From Candidatus Coatesbacteria bacterium (GTDB taxonomy: Bacteria; RBG-13-66-14; B26-G2; WVWN01; G020348885): a stretch of DNA of 64,000 bases. This document shows, in pieces, positions 58,905-64,000 of the stretch. Each line of letters begins with the position of its first letter. The stretch's first letter is position 1. The notes under the pieces were generated by a model that did not search any database, was not told the origin of the DNA, and saw only the letters and a program-made list of their open reading frames with translations. The translations under genes and the position numbers were made by a program. The stretch covers positions 1,630,689 to 1,694,688 of the forward strand of contig CP070755.1 of NCBI GenBank assembly GCA_020348885.1, given 5' to 3'.

Positions 58905-59873
58905 TTGTATAAACCGCCCGGTCCGCCGAAAAAGGGAGAACGAACCGTGGCGCTGCACTCCAAAGATTTATTAGGAATCCAGGAACTCTCGACCGACGAG
59001 ATACAGTTAATCCTGGATACGGCGGCGAATTTACGCAATATCGCCGAGCGCCCGATAAAGAAAGTACCGACGCTCCGGGGGCGTACGGTCGCCAACCTCT
59101 TTTACGAACCGTCCACCCGTACGCGAATAAGTTTCGAGTTGGCCGCGAAACGGCTCAGCGCTGACTTCATCAACATAACTGCTGCAACATCATCCGCGGC
59201 TACCGGCGAGACGCTGACGGACACCGCTAAAGCCGTCCAGGCGATGCAGGTCGAGTTCCTAGTGGTACGCCACTCGATGGCCGGCGCGCCCCACCAACTC
59301 GCCCGCGAAGTCGAGATATCCGTGGTGAACGCCGGTGACGGCCCACACGAACACCCGACCCAGGCGTTAGTCGACCTCTTCACCATCCTCGACGTGAAAG
59401 GCTACATCGAGGGGCTAAAGGTCGCGATTACCGGCGACCACATAACCAGCCCGGCCGGGCGTTCCAGTGCGTTGGCGCTCATCAAGATGGGCGCGGAAGT
59501 AACCCTCGTCGGGCCGTCGCCCCTGATACCGCCGGGCGCCGAATCTATCGGCGTACACGTCGAACACTCGATGGAAGAGGGCATCGCCGACGCCGACGTA
59601 ATCCTTCTATCCCGCGTCGAGATAAACCCCGATAACGAGCTGAGAATACCGTCGCTCCGCGAGTATGCCCGGTTCTTCTGTTTGACGGAAACGCGGCTGG
59701 CGCTGGCTAAGCCCGACTGTCTCGTACTCCACTGGGGTTCGATGAACCGGGGCGTGGAAATCGCGCCGGATGTCGCCCGGGTAGCCGAAGACTATATAGC
59801 ACAACAAATTACCGACGGAATCGCCGTACGCATGGCGGTGCTTTACCTGCTTTCGGGAGGCGACCGGTCGTGA
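58905..59873 (+). CDS. pyrB: Aspartate carbamoyltransferase catalytic subunit
   Basis: STRTR motif (LFYEPSTRTRISFELAAKRL) …HPTQAL…. Confidence 0.9.
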   Translation: MYKPPGPPKKGERTVALHSKDLLGIQELSTDEIQLILDTAANLRNIAERPIKKVPTLRGRTVANLFYEPSTRTRISFELAAKRLSADFINITAATSSAATGETLTDTAKAVQAMQVEFLVVRHSMAGAPHQLAREVEISVVNAGDGPHEHPTQALVDLFTILDVKGYIEGLKVAITGDHITSPAGRSSALALIKMGAEVTLVGPSPLIPPGAESIGVHVEHSMEEGIADADVILLSRVEINPDNELRIPSLREYARFFCLTETRLALAKPDCLVLHWGSMNRGVEIAPDVARVAEDYIAQQITDGIAVRMAVLYLLSGGDRS

Positions 59874-61162
59874 GGCTGTTGATTAAAAACGGACGGTTGC
59901 TCGACCCGGCGTCTGGTTTCGACGGCGCGACCGACATCCTCATCGAAGACGGGATTATAGCGGCGATAAAAAAGGGAATCGACTCCGCCGGTACGGAAGT
60001 CATCGACGCCGACGGGAAATGGGTCATACCCGGCGTCGTCGACATCCACGTTCACATCTCCGAACCGACGCGCTACGACCGCGAAACGGTTCGCAGCTTC
60101 GGCGAAGCCGCCGCCGCAGGCGGCGTTACGACGGCGCTTTGTCGCCCGAGCGAAGACATATACCTGGACGACGTAGCCGATATCGAGTTCCTACTCAGCC
60201 GTAACAAAAAAGCGGGGAAGATAACACTCAAGCCGGTCGCCGCGCTAACGCGGAAATTCCACGGCGAGAACTTAACCGAGTTCGGCGACCTCGCCGACGC
60301 GGGGGCCGTCGCGCTCGGCGACGATCGCAACCCCGTCCAAAGCTCCCGCCTGATGCGATACGCGATGGAGTATGCGCGGGACCACGAGATGCCCGTTATC
60401 ACGTTCCCGCAGGACCCGGACCTGGCGGCCGACGGCTCGATGAACGAAGGTGCGCTCTCGACCCTCCTCGGGCTTCGCGGTATTCCCTACTCTGCCGAAG
60501 ACGTAATAGTCGTCCGCGATATAATACTGGCCCGAATGACGAACGCGCGGGTTCACATATCGCCGGTAACTACCGCCGGTTCGGTGGACCTTGTACGTCG
60601 AGCAAAGGCCGACGGTATACCGATAACCTGCGACACGGCGCCCCACTACTTCCTACTTACCGAAAAAGCGGTCGAAGGATACGATACCAACGCCAAAGTG
60701 AACCCGCCGCTCCGCCGCGAGCGGGATATGGCCGCCGTCCGGCAGGGGCTGGCCGACGGGACTATCGACGCGGTCGCGTCGGCGCACAGGCCGCTTTCGA
60801 CGGTGGATAAAGATGTCGAGTTCGCGGCCGCCAGGTTCGGGATGTCGGCCGTCGAAACGCTGCTTCCGCTGACCCTCGAGTCGCTTTGCTCCAACGGCAA
60901 AATGGAGCCGCTGGATGTAGTAGCGTTATTGACGACGAAACCGGCCGCTGTAATGGGGATAGAAGAAGCCGGCGCCGTTAAAGTAGGCGCGCAAGGCGAC
61001 GTTACCGTCGTGGACGCGGAAAACGAACGTTCTATAAACCCTGCGGATTTTCGTTCGAAGGGGAAGAACACCGCGTTCGAGGGAACGACCGCGAAAGGCT
61101 TCGCGTGGGCTACCATCTCGCGCGGGCTTCCGGTGATGATAGACGGCGAAATCGTAGGGTAA
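59870..61162 (+). CDS. pyrC: Dihydroorotase-family amidohydrolase (PyrC or inactive PyrC'-like), GTG start
   Basis: VVDIHVHISEP…; amidohydrolase fold; adjacent to pyrB. Confidence 0.75.
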   Translation: MRLLIKNGRLLDPASGFDGATDILIEDGIIAAIKKGIDSAGTEVIDADGKWVIPGVVDIHVHISEPTRYDRETVRSFGEAAAAGGVTTALCRPSEDIYLDDVADIEFLLSRNKKAGKITLKPVAALTRKFHGENLTEFGDLADAGAVALGDDRNPVQSSRLMRYAMEYARDHEMPVITFPQDPDLAADGSMNEGALSTLLGLRGIPYSAEDVIVVRDIILARMTNARVHISPVTTAGSVDLVRRAKADGIPITCDTAPHYFLLTEKAVEGYDTNAKVNPPLRRERDMAAVRQGLADGTIDAVASAHRPLSTVDKDVEFAAARFGMSAVETLLPLTLESLCSNGKMEPLDVVALLTTKPAAVMGIEEAGAVKVGAQGDVTVVDAENERSINPADFRSKGKNTAFEGTTAKGFAWATISRGLPVMIDGEIVG

Positions 61163-61189
61163 CGTTAACTGGATTGCAAGTAGGATAAA

Positions 61190-61219
61190 AGCCCCGGACA
61201 ACCGGGGCTTTTCGCTTTT
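61190..61219. terminator. Bidirectional rho-independent terminator
   Basis: aaaagccccggacaaccggggcttttcgctttt. Confidence 0.75.
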
Positions 61220-61243
61220 ACTCCTTACCCTATTAAAGGGGAG

Positions 61244-61852
61244 CTACTTGTATATTGTTTTTATCCGACCGAAGCTGGACGACTCGACCGGCAAGGTTCC
61301 GCCAGCCAACGTAATAACGTCGATTATAACCGAGTCGCCGTTCCTGCCGTAGTAACGGAAGCCGACGTAAACATTCGGTGAACCCGCGTAGGCACTCAGA
61401 TCAACTATCTGGAACGTCCAGTTATGGCTTCCGTGCCCGTCGCTGTGATACGGTATTTCCCAGACGTCGTCGTAGTTAGACCCGTCGGTAGAGACCATTA
61501 TGTGAAGGTTGGCATTATCAGCATAATACGTACTTCCGTACCAATAAAAGGATAAAGTAGCGCCGGAATAGTCCGTAAGATTCACGACCGGCGAGATTAA
61601 CCACTCGTCCTGGGTCTCCGAGGCTTGCCACGGGCAAATAGCCGAGTATATCCCGTCAACGTAGTACCCCACTCGGTGTTCGATCTGCCAGGTGTACGCG
61701 GGCACCGTCACGACCGAATCCCACCCGTCCGGCGGAACGATGCCGCCCTCAAAATTCTCGAACAATAAAAGGTCACCAGTCGCGAACGCGGCGGAACAAG
61801 ATACGAAAACGACTGCGATGGTCGCTAAAACCTTCTTAACCGATATATTCAT
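61244..61852 (-). CDS. Secreted hypothetical protein (choice-of-anchor-J-like N-terminus)
   Basis: Signal peptide; LLLFENFEGGIVPPDGWDS motif. Confidence 0.45.
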   Translation of the reverse strand: MNISVKKVLATIAVVFVSCSAAFATGDLLLFENFEGGIVPPDGWDSVVTVPAYTWQIEHRVGYYVDGIYSAICPWQASETQDEWLISPVVNLTDYSGATLSFYWYGSTYYADNANLHIMVSTDGSNYDDVWEIPYHSDGHGSHNWTFQIVDLSAYAGSPNVYVGFRYYGRNGDSVIIDVITLAGGTLPVESSSFGRIKTIYK

Positions 61853-61926
61853 AATGCCCCTTTCGTTGAAGGGTCTTTTCCGCCTATTTTATAACACATA
61901 CCGTAAACGCGGTCAATCAATATGCG

Positions 61927-63288
61927 CTATACGGTCAACTTATCGACTTCAGTTTCTACGACCTCACGGATTTCATTTAACCTTTTTTCCGTCTTGGCTT
62001 CGAACCGCAGAACCAGAACCGGTTGGGTGTTGGACGCGCGAACCAAACCCCAACCGTCGCCGAAAAGGATCCGGGCCCCGTCGACGGTTATGACTTCGTA
62101 ACCGTAGTCGTCCCCGAAAAACTTTTTTACCTTTTCCACGACGTCGAACTTAACGTCGTCGGGGCAGGGGACGCGGATTTCGGGCGTCGCGTGATATTGC
62201 GGCATCTCGTCCAGCATCTCGCTTAAGGACTTGTCAGCGGTCGAGAGTAACTCCGCGAGACGAAGTGCCGAATAGATAGCGTCGTCGAACCCGAAATAAC
62301 GGTCCGCAAAGTATATGTGGCCACTCATCTCGCCGGCGAGCATCGCTTCCTCCTCGGCGATCTTCGCTTCGATGAGCGAATGGCCGGTTTTCCACATAAT
62401 GGGGACGCCGCCGAGCCGTTCTATCTCCTCGATAAGCGCCTGGGAACATTTAACTTCGAAGATGACCTTGCCGCCCGGGTTCTCTGAAAGGACCCGTCGA
62501 GCGTAGAGGGCAAGCAGCCGGTCGCCCCAGATAATCCGGCCCTTCTCGTCGACGGCGCCGATACGGTCCGAGTCCCCGTCGAAGGCGACGCCGACCTCGG
62601 CGCCGGATTCCGCAACGCGAGCCCGAAGGTCCGCCAGGTTCTCGGGCAGCGTCGGGTCCGGGAAATGATTCGGGAAAGTGCCGTCCACCTCGCAGAAGAG
62701 ACCTTCGGCGTCGCAGCCCGCGTCGGCGAGTATCTCGGGCATAACGGTCGCGGCGGTCCCGTTACCGGCGTCGGCAACGATACGTACCGGACGCTCAACG
62801 GTCACCCGCGCGAGAAGTGCTTCCCTGTAGTCGGAAAGGACATCCCGCTCCTCGACCGAACCCGCGCCGATCGGGAAACCGCCGGCGACGATTATATCGT
62901 ATATACTCCGTATCTCGTCGCCGAAGATGGTCCCGTGACCGCAGACGATTTTAAAACCGTTAAACTCCGGCGGATTGTGGCTGCCGGTTATCATCACGCC
63001 GGCCTCGTCGGGCGCGTACTCACGGCACGCGAAGTAGAAAGCGGGCGTGGGCGCGAGCCCAACGTCCACGACATCAACGCCCGCGCGGTTTAACTCGCTA
63101 ACAAATATATCCCTAAAATCGCCGCTCGAAAGTCGGTTATCGCGACAAATTACCGCTGCTTTCTTGTCGTGCGCCCTGAAGTAGGCGGCCGTACCGCGGG
63201 CAATTAAACGAACCGATTCGTCTGTCAAATCGTCGCCGACGGTCCCCCGAACGTCGTACTCCCGAAATATGTTCTTGTTCAAGTCCAT
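61927..63288 (-). CDS. manB: Phosphomannomutase/phosphoglucomutase
   Basis: …DVRGTVGDDLT…; active-site GSHNPPEFNGFKIV. Start trimmed to MDLNKNIF, which has a G-rich RBS. Confidence 0.85.
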   Translation of the reverse strand: MDLNKNIFREYDVRGTVGDDLTDESVRLIARGTAAYFRAHDKKAAVICRDNRLSSGDFRDIFVSELNRAGVDVVDVGLAPTPAFYFACREYAPDEAGVMITGSHNPPEFNGFKIVCGHGTIFGDEIRSIYDIIVAGGFPIGAGSVEERDVLSDYREALLARVTVERPVRIVADAGNGTAATVMPEILADAGCDAEGLFCEVDGTFPNHFPDPTLPENLADLRARVAESGAEVGVAFDGDSDRIGAVDEKGRIIWGDRLLALYARRVLSENPGGKVIFEVKCSQALIEEIERLGGVPIMWKTGHSLIEAKIAEEEAMLAGEMSGHIYFADRYFGFDDAIYSALRLAELLSTADKSLSEMLDEMPQYHATPEIRVPCPDDVKFDVVEKVKKFFGDDYGYEVITVDGARILFGDGWGLVRASNTQPVLVLRFEAKTEKRLNEIREVVETEVDKLTV

Positions 63289-63475
63289 ATTCCCCCGCGA
63301 AAACGTGGTTTTTACGGAGTATATCAAACAGCGCCTTAAACACAAATACTTTTTAACCCGGTACCGAAACGTCGTGAAAATCCGTTATATCGGACTTGCT
63401 TTCACGCCGCTCTTATCTTATTTTAACGGACCGTTTTCGTTAACCAGAGGAGGTAGTTTAAACGGGAACTGTAAA

Positions 63476-64000
63476 TGGACCGGCACCGGATGGACCGTCG
63501 AAGTACTCCATTCCCGGGCCGGCGTCTCTACGACGATACTGATATCAGTAGGTTCCGGCGAACGCCTTCTACTCGATTGCGGCGACGGGACGCTACGCGA
63601 TTTGTTAAACCGGGAAGTGGACCCGAAGCGAATCGCCGGCGTACTTATCTCTCACGGCCACTTCGACCACGTCGGCGGTCTCCATCCCGTTCTCGGGTTC
63701 ATCCGTATGGTTGGTCGAAACTCCGATTTCTTCGTCGTTGCGCCCGAAGGGTCGTTCGAAGACAGGTTGATTATTAAGGCGTTTACGGAAGCGTACGGGG
63801 GAACGATACCGTTCAACATAAACCGCCGCGAAGTAAGAGAAGGCGCCGAACTCGAATTAGCCGGGATTAAGATAATACCTTTCGGCGTAGTACACCACGG
63901 AAGCACCGAAATGGAGGGTATCGGTCCGCGACTGCCGTCGCTCGGTTATAAACTTTTCTACAACGACGAACGCGTCATCTATACGGGCGACTGCGGGTTG
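63476..64000 (+). CDS. MBL-fold metallo-hydrolase (RNase Z/beta-lactamase-like), partial at the window edge; start uncertain
   Basis: Frame 2 reads …WTVEVLHSRAGVSTTILISVGSGERLLLDCGDGTLRDLL…ISHGHFDHVGGL, but the only ATG (63475) is in frame 1. Confidence 0.55.

Noticed and set aside
59870-61162. Possibility that pyrC is an inactive PyrC' because the motif reads HVHISEP rather than HVHxREP
   Set aside because: I cannot judge catalytic competence from one motif read by memory. The HxH metal ligands are present, so it is kept as a dihydroorotase-family protein.

Overview
High-GC (~60%) bacterial chromosomal window, densely coding with about 75 genes, and no rRNA, CRISPR array or obvious transposase or integrase. 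A protein carrying a clear type IX secretion (T9SS) C-terminal sorting domain (1879-3783) points to a member of the Fibrobacteres-Chlorobi-Bacteroidetes (FCB) superphylum or a related candidate phylum. Content from 5' to 3': the tryptophan-rich sensory protein TspO; secreted proteins; a GT2-like glycosyltransferase; a CPA2 cation:proton antiporter split by a frameshift in a C5 homopolymer; a radical SAM gene; LPS core genes (hldE-like, kdsB); a bactofilin next to a TldD/PmbA protease; a small ribbon-helix-helix (RHH) gene with a consensus promoter; the initiator tRNA-Met; a cell-envelope cluster (sulfatase-family protein plus two large polytopic GT-C-like glycosyltransferases); an 11-subunit-type nuo operon (nuoC, D, H, I, J, K, L, M, N, with no nuoEFG and nuoAB not adjacent) interrupted at four places by ten small membrane or secreted lineage-specific genes; an M23 peptidase, thiD, cvpA, a PHP phosphatase, pdxJ, acpS, cca, dtd; divergent consensus promoters; a MoxR - M23 peptidase - bactofilin cluster; a minus-strand operon with a tandem array of six paralogous small membrane-protein genes; recO; a pstCAB-phoU operon interrupted by a zinc-ribbon trypsin-like protease and two YbjN-like paralogues; pyrR-pyrB-pyrC; and a phosphomannomutase. 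The most interesting items are the six-gene paralogue array at 44397-46353, the heavily interrupted nuo and pst operons, and the bactofilin/M23/MoxR module.
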